A DNA stretch of 64,000 nucleotides from an uncultured Acidobacteriota bacterium (lineage in GTDB: Bacteria; Acidobacteriota; UBA6911). A program made the translations under genes and the position numbers. The notes beneath the pieces were generated by a model. That model saw nothing but the letters and a program-made list of their open reading frames with translations, did no database searches and had not been told where the DNA came from. This document shows, in pieces, positions 45,025-55,302 of this stretch (its first letter is position 1; each line of letters opens with the position of its first letter). Where the stretch lies: positions 352,001 to 416,000 of the forward strand of contig CAWEJX010000006.1 in the NCBI GenBank assembly GCA_963809485.1, given 5' to 3'.

Positions 45025-46296
45025 TCAAACCTCCGCGTAGGCGCAGCGGAACCCGATGTCCTGGGCGATCCAGGAGCGCTCTTCCCGCATATACAGTTCC
45101 CACAGACTTGCCGTCCGGCCGTCGAACCAGGATCCGCCCTTGCACAGCATGCGTTCGCCGTAATTGCGCAGGAAGAACACCGGCTCCCGCTGCATGCCGT
45201 CGACAGGATACATGCCGAGCTGTTTCAGGAGCCTATGCGGCGGAGCGCTTTCCGTATGCGTCATGCCGGCAAACGAAAACACGGTATACGCGCGGTGCGT
45301 TATGTCGGGATTCCTGCCTGTGTAATGCGGATTTTTGATCTCTGTCGAAAGGCAGGCGATGCTCTTGATATTGACAAAGTCCTCGTTTGAACGTCCGGGA
45401 ATAGGACTGTCGAGCTTGTAGGTGCCGGGTGTGCCTGGCATCACGAGGGCGCCATCGGTCGAGATGGCGCGCCAGAGCGGGCTGTCGGGCCCCTCGTCCA
45501 CATTCAACGCGCTGTCGTTGTCCGGGATAATCTGGATCTCCCCGTTTTTAAGGCGCATCCCGGCAAGCGTATCCCAGAGATTCCCGATGAGGTCGAAAAT
45601 CCCGAATGCCGTGCCGTCGTGGGACCAGGTGTCGGGTCCGGTCCCCGTCAGCGTCGGCCACATGTGCATATCAAAGCGAATACCTTTGAACGACCCCATA
45701 TACCGGCGGATGGCGTGCTCGTGTTTGTTGAAAAAATCGCTGCCCGAATTGCTGTTTCCGTGCGGAAAATGACCGTTTTTGCGGCACCAGTGCGCGATCG
45801 CCATATATTCCGCGTTCGTCATCAGATGCCAGCCCCGGCCTTTAGCGGCGCAGGCGGCCTTCATCTCGCCGCGCGTGTACATGCTGGCCGGGTTGCGGCC
45901 GGGAAGCGAATACCCGCGCCCGTGTTCCATGACATTCAGGTACTTGCTGACATAAATCGACTCAAGCACCTGGCCGCCGCCGACGAACGCCGAACAGGGC
46001 TCCTCCGGCGCACCCTCCAGCACGTCCGACCAGAGGAACATCGGGATGCGCACCATGACCGACGGGAGCCCCAGGTCGTCAAACAGCAGCGTGTTTTTGC
46101 CGCCGCTGGCCGCCTCCAGCGCAGCTTTCTCGGCCTTCCAGTTGGCAGGATCGGCGGGAGGCGGAGCGGGCGCCGGGATATACCCCGGCTTCGGACGCTT
46201 CGCGAAAACGCGGAAGCCCATATCGTCGATATACTCGGTCTCGTAATGCTCATAGGCCTCCACCGGCAGAATGACGGGCGTATGTTCCGTGGACAT
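45025..46296 (-). CDS. FGE-sulfatase/CLec-fold protein resembling phage tropism-determinant proteins
   Basis: 'GWHLMTNAEY', 'GIFDLIGNLWD', C-terminal 'GGSW...IGFRCA'; AGGAGG RBS. Confidence 0.8.
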   Translation of the reverse strand: MSTEHTPVILPVEAYEHYETEYIDDMGFRVFAKRPKPGYIPAPAPPPADPANWKAEKAALEAASGGKNTLLFDDLGLPSVMVRIPMFLWSDVLEGAPEEPCSAFVGGGQVLESIYVSKYLNVMEHGRGYSLPGRNPASMYTRGEMKAACAAKGRGWHLMTNAEYMAIAHWCRKNGHFPHGNSNSGSDFFNKHEHAIRRYMGSFKGIRFDMHMWPTLTGTGPDTWSHDGTAFGIFDLIGNLWDTLAGMRLKNGEIQIIPDNDSALNVDEGPDSPLWRAISTDGALVMPGTPGTYKLDSPIPGRSNEDFVNIKSIACLSTEIKNPHYTGRNPDITHRAYTVFSFAGMTHTESAPPHRLLKQLGMYPVDGMQREPVFFLRNYGERMLCKGGSWFDGRTASLWELYMREERSWIAQDIGFRCAYAEV

Positions 46297-46595
46297 GACG
46301 CGTACCCTCCTATGGATCATCCTTGTCTATTTGCAGTTTCTCCATGCGCCGATAGGAAAAATTATCCCATGTTTGAAAAAAATGCTCCAGTATCAGGCCT
46401 TCTTTTGTTTCGGATAAAATACATGCGCGAAAAATAGCAAGAAAATATAATCAACTGCAACAGAACCACCAGGCATCTTGCCGCACATTTTCAAATGCGG
46501 GAATTAGGCTGAAAAAGGACAAAGTTACCTATGCTGGCCGAGAAGCCATTGATAGCTCCCACGAAGTTACGTTGTGGGAATGGTGCCATCTGCGT

Positions 46596-47084
46596 TTAAG
46601 CAGCGGTTCTTTTCCTGAGCTTAATTTCAATGCTATATCCCGCGACTTGGGCGATTTTGGAAAGCTGCAGGAAATGCTTTGAAGCCCGATTCTCCTGCAG
46701 GAGACGCACGACTTGGGTTGGTGACGTATTGAGGGCATCGGCCAGCACGCGAAATGAGAGCTTCGAATCGGAAATCTTAGCCTTCAATGCTCGCTTGAGC
46801 TGATTGATGGGCGACCATTGGTAGGTGGGATCTGAATAATACAGCACGAAATCGGCAGGAAAATCCCCTCGCGTTCCATCCTCCAATATGAACGTCGCGC
46901 CTTGTTCCGCGAGATCAGCCTCGATCGTAATGGAAGCAAAGCGGTTGTCGGATCCGATCTTCATGCCTGTGAAGACCGCAAAGGGGAGGTTATAGCGGTT
47001 CAGTCTTTTTCCTTCTCGGAGCACAACTTCGAGCACTCTCTTTCTGTAGTTAGGAGTGATCTGCTTAAATTTCGGATTTCTCAT
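46596..47084 (-). CDS. Putative antitoxin with C-terminal HTH
   Basis: 'LSFRVLADALNTSPTQVVRL' HTH; overlaps the upstream DUF4160-like gene. Confidence 0.7.
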   Translation of the reverse strand: MRNPKFKQITPNYRKRVLEVVLREGKRLNRYNLPFAVFTGMKIGSDNRFASITIEADLAEQGATFILEDGTRGDFPADFVLYYSDPTYQWSPINQLKRALKAKISDSKLSFRVLADALNTSPTQVVRLLQENRASKHFLQLSKIAQVAGYSIEIKLRKRTAA

Positions 47085-47277
47085 CGAGCATCCCCTCTCT
47101 CCGGAGTGACTCCAGAGCTCTGCGTGCTTTTGGTGTCATTTTGCCCTCCATGACCGTCCAGTTTTCAATGTCGAACTTGAGGATCCGCACGCCGTCCTGA
47201 AAGACATGGACGTGCTGTGGATCATGGTCGGTCAAGTATTTGACAACCAGGACATCAAAGCGTTTCCACCTGACCAT
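47065..47277 (-). CDS. DUF4160-like (HicA-related) putative toxin
   Basis: 70 aa with a 'DHDPQHVHV' motif. Confidence 0.75.
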   Translation of the reverse strand: MVRWKRFDVLVVKYLTDHDPQHVHVFQDGVRILKFDIENWTVMEGKMTPKARRALESLRREGMLDEKSEI

Positions 47278-47497
47278 GGCTAAGTGTACCCTAATATGAT
47301 TACAGATGTCTATCGGTATTCAGACACAAGGAAATGGTTCGGTCGCGAATTATTATCCATAAGTCCCGTTCATTTCCGGTTCTGGGAAGTTCAAGCTCAT
47401 GCGCAGTTGAATTCCCGGGCCACCGGCCGCACGCGGAAATTGATAGCATAAAACTGATTGTGTCGCTTATATGTTCCAGAATTCACTATATCTTTTT

Positions 47498-47581
47498 GAA
47501 CCGCGGAATATCGAATGCGGAATGATGAATTTCGAAGGCTGGCCTGACCTTCTGCGGTTCGACATTCGAAATTCGACATTC
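47498..47581. repeat. Inverted heptamer-repeat element (GAATxTC / ATTCGAC)
   Basis: gaatatcgaatgcggaatgatgaatttcgaag...ttcgacattcgaaattcgacattc; related copy at 56729-56840. Confidence 0.75.
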
Positions 47582-47688
47582 AATATCTGGCGGCGCTTAT
47601 CTTCCCGACTGCTCCCGGAACGCCAGGAAAAGAATTCTCCAGCATTTATCAAACTGATTTCGCCGGATCGGCAAAGCCGGCAGCTCTC

Positions 47689-49101
47689 TTAATGGGTCAG
47701 CCGGCCGGGGGCCAGGTCGGTATCCCTTTGCAGGTAGCGTGTCCCCATCAGCCAGAAAATCCCGGCGGCCAGAAACATCAACCCGATAACCAGAAAGGAT
47801 TTGTTCATGTCCCCGTAGCGGTCGTTCAGGAGCCCGATGATCACGGGAGAGATGACGTCTCCCAAAGCGTGAATCACAAATATGTTGACGGCAAAAGCAA
47901 TGGCGCGCATGGAGGGATGCGTGACGTTGGCCAGAATGGTATTGGTCGGCCCGGTATTGAAGAACAGGCAGAAGCAGGCGAGGAAAATCAGCAGCCAGAT
48001 CGCATACGGAAAAGGTGCATGCAATGCGGCCAGAAAGATCGGGAAGCCGACAATCATCGCCGTCCCTGAAACCAGAAAGTATGAGCCCTGGAAACGGGTG
48101 CGCAGCTTATCTCCGGCAATTCCCCCGAGTATCGTGGCCGCCAGGCCGGAAACCGCCGTGATCCCGCCAAGGATGATCGTGGAATGCTCGGGCGCTCCCG
48201 GCCGGCTTTCGAGGTAATACGGCATCCAGAATGCGATCCCGCCGATTGCGAACGTCATGGCTGTCTGGCCAAGCGTGCAGAAAACATACGACGGTGTGCG
48301 CACCAGGATCCAGTATTCGCGCCATGGGATGGCTTTTGCTTTAGCCTCGCACTTGAGGTCCGCCAGCCCGCGCGGGGGGTCGCGCATGAAGAAACTCCGC
48401 AGGCCAAGGACGATTCCGGGCAGCGTTACCAGCAAAAAAGCCCATCGCCAGCTTTCCAGCTTGATCCCCATGAGCCGGGCGCACCAGCCTCCGATGTTCG
48501 AGTTCCCAACCAGGCCTCCGAGAACATAGCCCAGGGCGCTTCCAACAGGTATGGCGACGTAAAACCAGGCCAGGACCTTTCCGCGGATGCTGACCGGAAA
48601 GATGTCGGAGATCATGACCGGCGCCACCGGTCCGTAGGCAGCCTCGCCGATCCCGACGAAACACCGGGTAAGCAGGAGCATGCCAAATGTGGCAGCAAGT
48701 CCGGACGCGCCGCTGGCAAGGCTCCAGAGGATCACTCCTATGCCCACGATGGCCCAGCGGGATTTTCTTTCCGCGAGCCGCGCGAAAATAGGGGAGCCCG
48801 CCATATAGACCACCATAAAGGCCGTCCCGAGCAAACCGAGCAGGGCATCCTCGGGTTTGAAACCCAACCTGTTTTCGAACCACCGGATGACGGCAAGCAA
48901 AAAACCGCTGCCGACGGCTTCGGCTCCTCCGGCGCCGAAAAAGGTTGTCTTTATGGGGCCCACGACCGCGGACAGCATCTGGCGATCGATATAATTAAAG
49001 AGGTTGATCAGAAACAGCAGGGCGAGCGTGGACCGGGCGCCGGGAAAGAGGGCGTCTCGATCCCTGGCACTATAACCGGCGTCTGAAACAGCAGTTTTCA
49101 T
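47689..49101 (-). CDS. MFS transporter, Spinster-like
   Basis: 'INLFNYIDRQ', 'TRCFVGIGEAAYGPVAP', 'IHALGDVISP'. Confidence 0.9.
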   Translation of the reverse strand: MKTAVSDAGYSARDRDALFPGARSTLALLFLINLFNYIDRQMLSAVVGPIKTTFFGAGGAEAVGSGFLLAVIRWFENRLGFKPEDALLGLLGTAFMVVYMAGSPIFARLAERKSRWAIVGIGVILWSLASGASGLAATFGMLLLTRCFVGIGEAAYGPVAPVMISDIFPVSIRGKVLAWFYVAIPVGSALGYVLGGLVGNSNIGGWCARLMGIKLESWRWAFLLVTLPGIVLGLRSFFMRDPPRGLADLKCEAKAKAIPWREYWILVRTPSYVFCTLGQTAMTFAIGGIAFWMPYYLESRPGAPEHSTIILGGITAVSGLAATILGGIAGDKLRTRFQGSYFLVSGTAMIVGFPIFLAALHAPFPYAIWLLIFLACFCLFFNTGPTNTILANVTHPSMRAIAFAVNIFVIHALGDVISPVIIGLLNDRYGDMNKSFLVIGLMFLAAGIFWLMGTRYLQRDTDLAPGRLTH

Positions 49102-49305
49102 GGGGCTCCTGCTTTTCCCATAACCCTGCCGCCGCCGCGGCAGATGCAGCTTTATGTCGACTGCCCGGCCCGCATTTGAGGATGGCTTTGGAGCCATCCG
49201 GCCAAATGAGATTCGTGCAATGGCCGCTGAAAACACATTCTAGACTGACACAGGCTGTGGGACAATTAACCTTTAAGACTAAACGGAGGATTCCGGGGAG
49301 ACGGG

Positions 49306-51312
49306 ATGGACGAGCTTGAGAAAATCCGGAGTGAAATCAATTCAGTGGATGAGCGCATTCTTGAAGCGCTGGCCGACCGGCGCAAACTGGCGGAAAGCAT
49401 AATCCAGGCAAAAGACCAGCTGGGAACGCCCATCCGGGATGCTCTGAGAGAAGAGCAGATTCTGGCGAATCTTATTGACAGGGGACGCAACCAGGGACTT
49501 GATGCGCATCTGGTCACACGGGTCTTTCACGAAATCATCGACGATTCGATCCGGTCCCAGCAACTCCACCTCCTCGATTATCAGAAATCCGGCTTGAAAC
49601 GCGTCGCCTTTCAAGGGATCGAAGGCGCCTACAGCGAGCTGGCGGGACGCAAATACTTCGCTCCATATCTGGATCAGACGCTTTTTGCGGGCGTCAACAC
49701 GCTGGAGCAGGTTGTGAATTCCGTGGAGGACGGAGATGTCGATTACGGCCTGCTTCCGGTTGAAAACACGGCGGCGGGAAGCATCAACGAAGTCTATGAC
49801 CTCCTCTCCTGCGCCCAGCTCTCGATTGTCGGCGAGGAAGTTTTGCGGGTCGAGCACTGTCTGCTCGCGCTCGATGAGGTGCCGCTGGCCAATATCCGCC
49901 AGATTTATTCTCATCCTCAGGCTCTGGCCGAATGCATGAAATTTGTGGCAAAACTGCCGAATTGCCAGGCCTTGCCCTATGCCGATTCGGCGATGGCTGT
50001 AAAGAAGGTCAAGGAGGAGAAGGATCCCTCGTTGCGGCAATTGCCAGCGAAGAAGCCGGACGGCTTTATGGATTGAAGATCCTGCGTCGCAATATCGAGG
50101 ATCAGCAGAACAACTACACGCGGTTTCTCGTGCTGGCCAAAAAGCCGTCGGCCGTCGACTTGCGGATCCCGTGCAAGACTTCGCTGATCATGGCAACTTC
50201 CCATGAAGAGGGATCCCTGCTGAAGGCATTGAGCCTGCTGCACGAATATAAAATCAACCTGTCCAAGCTTGAGAGCCGCCCCATTCCGGGAATGCCTTTT
50301 CAGTACATCTTCTATATCGATTTTGAGGGGAACACGGCGGAAGACCGGGTCGCGGAGGCGATTGAAAAACTGCGCTCGGCCACGACGTCGCTCAAAGTCC
50401 TCGGATCCTATCCGACGCAGCATCGCGCCAAGACTCATCCCAAAATCGAAATACTTGCCGGAGGGCCTCCGGAAGCCAGTTGAGACGTCGGCGGAGCCGG
50501 CGTCCCGGCAAAAGGAAAAAGTCAGCTACAAACTGGCCAGCCGCGAACACAAACCGGACGACACCATCATTGCCGTGCGCGGAGTCAAGATCGGCGGTCC
50601 CGGCTTCGTCGTGATTGCCGGACCCTGCGCCGTCGAGTCGCGGGAGCAGATCCGCAAATGCGCCCGGTACGTCAAGGAATGCGGCGGCCAGTTGCTGCGC
50701 GGAGGATGCTTCAAGCCGCGCACTTCTCCCTACAGTTTCCAGGGACTGGGTTTTGAAGGGCTGCAAATGCTGGCGGAAGCGGGGAGGGAATACGACCTGC
50801 CCATAGTCACCGAGGTCCTGTCGCCGGCAGATGTGGAGCCTGTGGCGCGCTACGCGGACGTCCTCCAGATCGGGGCCCGCAACATGCAGAATTTCAGCCT
50901 GCTGAGCGAAGTCGGCCGCTCCAACCGTCCGGTGCTGCTCAAACGCGGCATGATGTCGACCATGGAGGAGTTCCTGAACGCGGCCGAATACATTCTCGAT
51001 CGCGGCAATCACCAGGTGATTCTGTGCGAGCGCGGCATCCGGACTTTCGAGACCGCCACGCGCAATACGCTGGATCTCGGCTCGATCCCGATTCTGAAAC
51101 GCCTGACCCACCTGCCGATCCTGGTGGATCCGTCGCACGCGGCGGGGCGACGGGAACTGGTAATGCCGCTGGCTCTGGCGGCGCATGCGGTGGGGCCCCA
51201 TGGGCTGATTGTCGAGATCCACCCGGAACCGGAAAAAGCACTCAGCGATGGCCCGCAGGCGCTGCGCTTTTACGAATTCGCCGATCTGATGCGCCGCATC
51301 TATCAGGGCTAG
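49306..51312 (+). CDS. pheA: Chorismate mutase-prephenate dehydratase, probably fused to DAHP synthase Ibeta (frame breaks near 50033 and 50470)
   Basis: AroQ N-terminus; PDT '[12 protein letters not shown]', 'SHPQAL', 'NYTRF'; ACT 'KLESRP'; then 'YKLASRE', 'IAGPCAVES', '[14 protein letters not shown]' without an apparent separate start. Confidence 0.8.
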
Positions 51313-51321
51313 GATAATGGA

Positions 51322-51987
51322 TTAGGCGCGGATTACGGCGTTGGTACGCCGCTCCTGCTCGATGGTCGAGGTTGGAGTTATGCCGTAGTTGTGACCCGGG
51401 AGAATGACTGTGTTGCCGGGAAGCGTATAGAGCTTCGTGCGAATGGAGCGCTCCAACTCCGCGTAGGACCCTCCCGGAAAGTCTGTTCTTCCCGCGGAAC
51501 CGACAAACAGGGTATCGCCGGTAAACACCATTCCATCGGTGTAGAGACACATCCCTCCCGGCGTGTGTCCGGGTGTGTGGATGACCTTGAGTGCGACACC
51601 CCCGACCTGTATCCGTTGGCCGTCCGAAACCAGTATATCCGCCGGAGGAGATTGCACGGCGCCGAAAAGCTCGATCATTTCGGGGTCCGTGTGCCCCAGC
51701 CATGGCGCATCCGCTTCGTGAATGACTATCTTTGCGCCGGTCCTGCGGACCATTTCGCGGTTTCCCATCACATGGTCGATGTGATGATGAGTGTTGACAA
51801 TGTACTTGATGGCCAGCTTCAGGGATGCCGCTTCCTGCAAAAGCATGTCCGGACTGTCGGACGGATCAATGAACAGGGCCTCTCCCGACTGCTCGTCTCC
51901 GACCAGGTAACTGAAAATGCTGAAATTCCCCACTTCAAATTGTCGGATAAGCAAAGTCGTATCTCCAGTTGTCTGCTCCAAAAGCAT
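51322..51987 (-). CDS. MBL-fold metallo-hydrolase (glyoxalase II-like)
   Basis: 'THHHIDHVMG', 'HTPGHTPG', 'FTGDTLF', 'LPGH'. Confidence 0.9.
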   Translation of the reverse strand: MLLEQTTGDTTLLIRQFEVGNFSIFSYLVGDEQSGEALFIDPSDSPDMLLQEAASLKLAIKYIVNTHHHIDHVMGNREMVRRTGAKIVIHEADAPWLGHTDPEMIELFGAVQSPPADILVSDGQRIQVGGVALKVIHTPGHTPGGMCLYTDGMVFTGDTLFVGSAGRTDFPGGSYAELERSIRTKLYTLPGNTVILPGHNYGITPTSTIEQERRTNAVIRA

Positions 51988-52065
51988 ACATCATACTACG
52001 CGGAAGGCTTTGAGTCTTTAAGGCTTTGATGTAACATTCGAAATTCGCGGACAGGGATTCTGCCC

Positions 52066-52563
52066 ATGCCAACAGAGAACCACTTGGGCTCGTCGTCTGG
52101 AAATCGGGCATCGACGAAATCGCCAATCTGGCTGTGGATACTGTTGAGTATCCTCGTGGGAGGATTGGCCGGATTCGGCGGATTCACCTTTCAATATGCG
52201 CGGGGCAGTTCCTATCTTTCGGATGATCCAGCCGCCTGCGTAAACTGCCACGTGATGCGCGGCGTTTTCGACGCGTGGAACCATGGAAGCCACAAAGCCG
52301 TGGCGACCTGCAACGATTGCCACACCCCGGAAGGATTCCTGGGGCACTGGACCGTGAAAGGAATCAACGGCTTCAAGCACAGCAGCGCTTTTACCCTGGG
52401 CGGCTTCCACGAGCCTATACGCATTGCGGACTCTGACAGAGATATTGCCAGGGATAATTGTCTCCGATGTCACGGTGACTTGACAGCCTGGATGGATTGC
52501 CGGAACGGGCCGGAACCGACGGACTGCCTGCACTGCCACCCGGGCGTCGGACACGATGAATAA
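52066..52563 (+). CDS. nrfH: Cytochrome c nitrite reductase small subunit
   Basis: N-terminal TM helix, 'SYLSDDPAACVNCHVM', four CXXCH motifs. Confidence 0.93.
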   Translation: MPTENHLGSSSGNRASTKSPIWLWILLSILVGGLAGFGGFTFQYARGSSYLSDDPAACVNCHVMRGVFDAWNHGSHKAVATCNDCHTPEGFLGHWTVKGINGFKHSSAFTLGGFHEPIRIADSDRDIARDNCLRCHGDLTAWMDCRNGPEPTDCLHCHPGVGHDE

Positions 52564-52686
52564 TTGCGCCAGGCTATGCGGATCCTGGCTTTGAATCTCG
52601 AATTTCGAGTCAAACAGGACGGATTTTAGCGAGCGTTGCTCCGCTGATATTAAGGCTGCACGGATCGGCATTTCGGGAGGCGGATA

Positions 52687-53994
52687 ATGAGTCAAAACCC
52701 CTGGCTGAAGGGACGAAATCTCGCTCTTGTCGCGGGTATCATTGGTATCGCGGCTCTGGCTTTCGCCGGATTGGCCGCGTTGCTCGTCAATATCCAGCAG
52801 CGGAAGGCTGAGGGACGGGAGTACCCGCTTAAAATTGTGGCGATCGGGGCCGATGAGCTGGACCCGGAGGTCTGGGGCAGAAATTTCCCGCGCGAGTACG
52901 ATACATTCCTGAAAACCGAGGACTCCACGCTGCAAACCAAATACGGCGGCTCCGTGCCGTACAGCAAGCTGGAAAAATATCCGGCGCTGGTTCGTTTGTA
53001 TGCCGGCTATGCCTTCAGCATCGATTACAACGATGCGCGCGGCCACTACTGGGCTTTGGAGGATCAGAAACGGACCAAGCGGCAGGATTTCGCGGCCCAG
53101 CCCGGAGCATGCGCCAATTGCCATGCGGCGGAAGCCCCGCAGCTGATCGCAAAGATGGGATGGGAGACCTTCAACCACATGCCCTACAAACAATTGCAGG
53201 ATCAGCTGCATCGAGGCACTTCGTGCGCAGACTGCCACGATCCCGAGACCATGAGCCTGCGCATCACCCGGCCCGCTTTCCTCAACGCAATGCGGGATCG
53301 GGGGGTAGACCTGACCAAGGCGACGCGTCAGGAAATGCGCAGCTATGTCTGCGGCCAGTGCCATGTCGAATATTATTTCGCGGGCGAGAAAAAGCTGCTG
53401 ACCTTTCCCTGGAAGAACGGCCTGAATATCGACGATATCGAGAAATATTACGAGGACCTTGGATTTACAGACTGGACCCATAAGGAAGCCAAGGCGCCGA
53501 TGCTGAAAATGCAGCATCCTGAGTTCGAAATATACAACAGCGGCATTCATGCGCGGTCCGGGGTCGCCTGCGCGGACTGCCACATGGCCTACGAGCGGAC
53601 GGGCGCTGTCAAAGTTTCGGACCACTGGCTGCGCAGCCCGCTGACGAATATCAACAAGGCCTGCCAGACCTGTCACCGCCAGGAGGAAAAAGAGCTGCTT
53701 GCGCGGGTTGAGCTGATCCAGGACCGGACGGCAGTGCTCAAACAGAGCACCGAAAAAGCGCTGCTGGACGCCATCGATGCAATCGCCGCCGCCGAAAAGG
53801 CGGGCGCAAGCGAGGAAAGCCTGAAACGGGCCCGTCATCTGTACCGCCGGGCCTCCATGCGCTGGGATTTTGTTTCATCCGAAAACAGCATGGGCTTTCA
53901 CAGCTCACAGGAGGCGGCGCGCATTTATGCAAACGCCATCGACTTCGGCCGCCAGGCGCAGTTCGAGGCGCTGAGGGTGACCCCAGCCAGGTAA
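52687..53994 (+). CDS. nrfA: Ammonia-forming cytochrome c nitrite reductase (CXXCH heme-1 variant)
   Basis: 'AGYAFS..Y...RGH', five CXXCH motifs, 'CGQCHVEYYF', 'KMQHPEFE', 'ENSMGFH'. Confidence 0.93.
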   Translation: MSQNPWLKGRNLALVAGIIGIAALAFAGLAALLVNIQQRKAEGREYPLKIVAIGADELDPEVWGRNFPREYDTFLKTEDSTLQTKYGGSVPYSKLEKYPALVRLYAGYAFSIDYNDARGHYWALEDQKRTKRQDFAAQPGACANCHAAEAPQLIAKMGWETFNHMPYKQLQDQLHRGTSCADCHDPETMSLRITRPAFLNAMRDRGVDLTKATRQEMRSYVCGQCHVEYYFAGEKKLLTFPWKNGLNIDDIEKYYEDLGFTDWTHKEAKAPMLKMQHPEFEIYNSGIHARSGVACADCHMAYERTGAVKVSDHWLRSPLTNINKACQTCHRQEEKELLARVELIQDRTAVLKQSTEKALLDAIDAIAAAEKAGASEESLKRARHLYRRASMRWDFVSSENSMGFHSSQEAARIYANAIDFGRQAQFEALRVTPAR

Positions 53995-54107
53995 GTCTTG
54001 CGGCCTCCGCGCGCTCCGCGTCTCCGCGCGAGACAAAAATTTCTCTGAACCCGCGGCTGTTCTCTTGCAGGGCTTTTTCTGCTAGTATAGGCACCGAAGG
54101 AAGAGAA

Positions 54108-54167
54108 ATGACAGCCGAGTGCTCGAATCGTTTTTATTACCGCAGCTCCTATGAGGCCGACCCCTGA
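54108..54167 (+). CDS. Tyr/Phe-rich leader peptide MTAECSNRFYYRSSYEADP
   Basis: ATG 54108 after GAAGGAAG; TTT TAT TAC ... TAT codons; TGA at 54165-54167; directly upstream of the DAHP synthase-tyrA operon. Confidence 0.75.
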   Translation: MTAECSNRFYYRSSYEADP

Positions 54168-54209
54168 GGGCTGCGTCTTTCCTTTCTTTACAGAGATCAG
54201 AGAGAAAAC

Positions 54210-54249
54210 AACGGCCCACCAGGAAAACTTGGTGGGCCGTTCGCATTTT
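54210..54249 (+). terminator. Attenuator terminator hairpin
   Basis: 12-bp perfect stem aacggcccacca/tggtgggccgtt followed by cgcatttt, just before the aroF RBS. Confidence 0.75.
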
Positions 54250-54261
54250 AGGAGAAAGACA

Positions 54262-55293
54262 ATGATCATCATTTGTGAAACAAAAGCGACGGAAACGCAG
54301 ATCGCGGCATTGCAGCAGAAGATCCGCGAGGCCGGCCTGGATGTGCACCGGTCCGACGGCGTGGAGCACACGATCCTGGGGGTCGTCGGCGACCGCAACC
54401 GGCTGGATGTCGGAGGCCGTATCCATGATGCCCGGCGTGCGCGATGTTGTGCTGGTTTCCACTCCCTACAAGCTGGCGAGCCGTGAGTTTCATCCGGAGG
54501 ACAGCGTCGTGCGGGTCGGCGAGACGACGCCTGGTGGGTGGGATGGAAGTCGCCGTGATGGCCGGTCCCTGTGCCGTCGAAAGCGAAGAGCAGATCGAAG
54601 CCAGCGCCGAATTCGTGGCCGCCAGCGGCGCGCGGATCCTCCGCGGCGGCGCGTTTCAAGCCGCGCTCTTCGCCCTACTCCTATCAGGGTCTGGGGATGG
54701 ACGGACTGAAGCTGCTTCGGCAGGCCGCGGACAGACACGGCCTGGCAGTGGTAACGGAAGTGATGACGATTGAGCAGATCGAGACGGTATCGGAATATGC
54801 CGATCTGCTGCAGGTCGGCGCCCGCAACATGCAGAACTATCCGCTGCTGACGGCTCTGGGACATGCGGGAAAGCCCGTTCTTCTGAAGCGCGGCATGTCG
54901 GCCACCATTCAGGAATGGCTGATGAGCGCCGAGTACATATTGACCGAGGGGAATCCGGATGTCATTTTGTGCGAGCGCGGCATCCGGACTTTCGAAACCG
55001 CCACACGCAATACGCTGGACCTTTCCGCCGTCCCGGTGATCAAGCATTTATCCCACTTGCCCATTATCGTGGATCCGAGCCATGGCGTGGGCAACCGCCG
55101 GTTCGTGGCCCCCATGGCAAGAGCGGCAGTGGCGGCCGGCGCGGACGGCATCATGATTGAAATCCACCCGAATCCCGACAAAGCTCTCTCCGACGGACCG
55201 CAATCGCTGAACTTTGAGGAATTCGGCCTCATGATGAACCGCTGCCGGATCATCGCAACCACGATCGGCCAACGGCTCGGGAAGGCAAAGTGA
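54262..55293 (+). CDS. aroF: DAHP synthase Ibeta with N-terminal ferredoxin-like regulatory domain (several frameshifts at 54415-54660)
   Basis: '[23 protein letters not shown]', 'PYKLASRE', 'MAGPCAVES', 'QVGARNMQN', 'DPSHGVG', 'LSDGPQSL' spread over three frames. Confidence 0.88.
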
Positions 55294-55302
55294 TGAAGGG
55301 AA

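Noticed and set aside
44392-46320. Complete diversity-generating retroelement
   Set aside because: No reverse transcriptase, avd or template repeat is visible in the window.
52025-52045. FNR box upstream of nrfH
   Set aside because: Only the TTGAT half-site matches; the second half and spacing do not fit.
52018-53838. 606-aa antisense ORF over nrfHA
   Set aside because: Shadow frame of clearly identified plus-strand genes.
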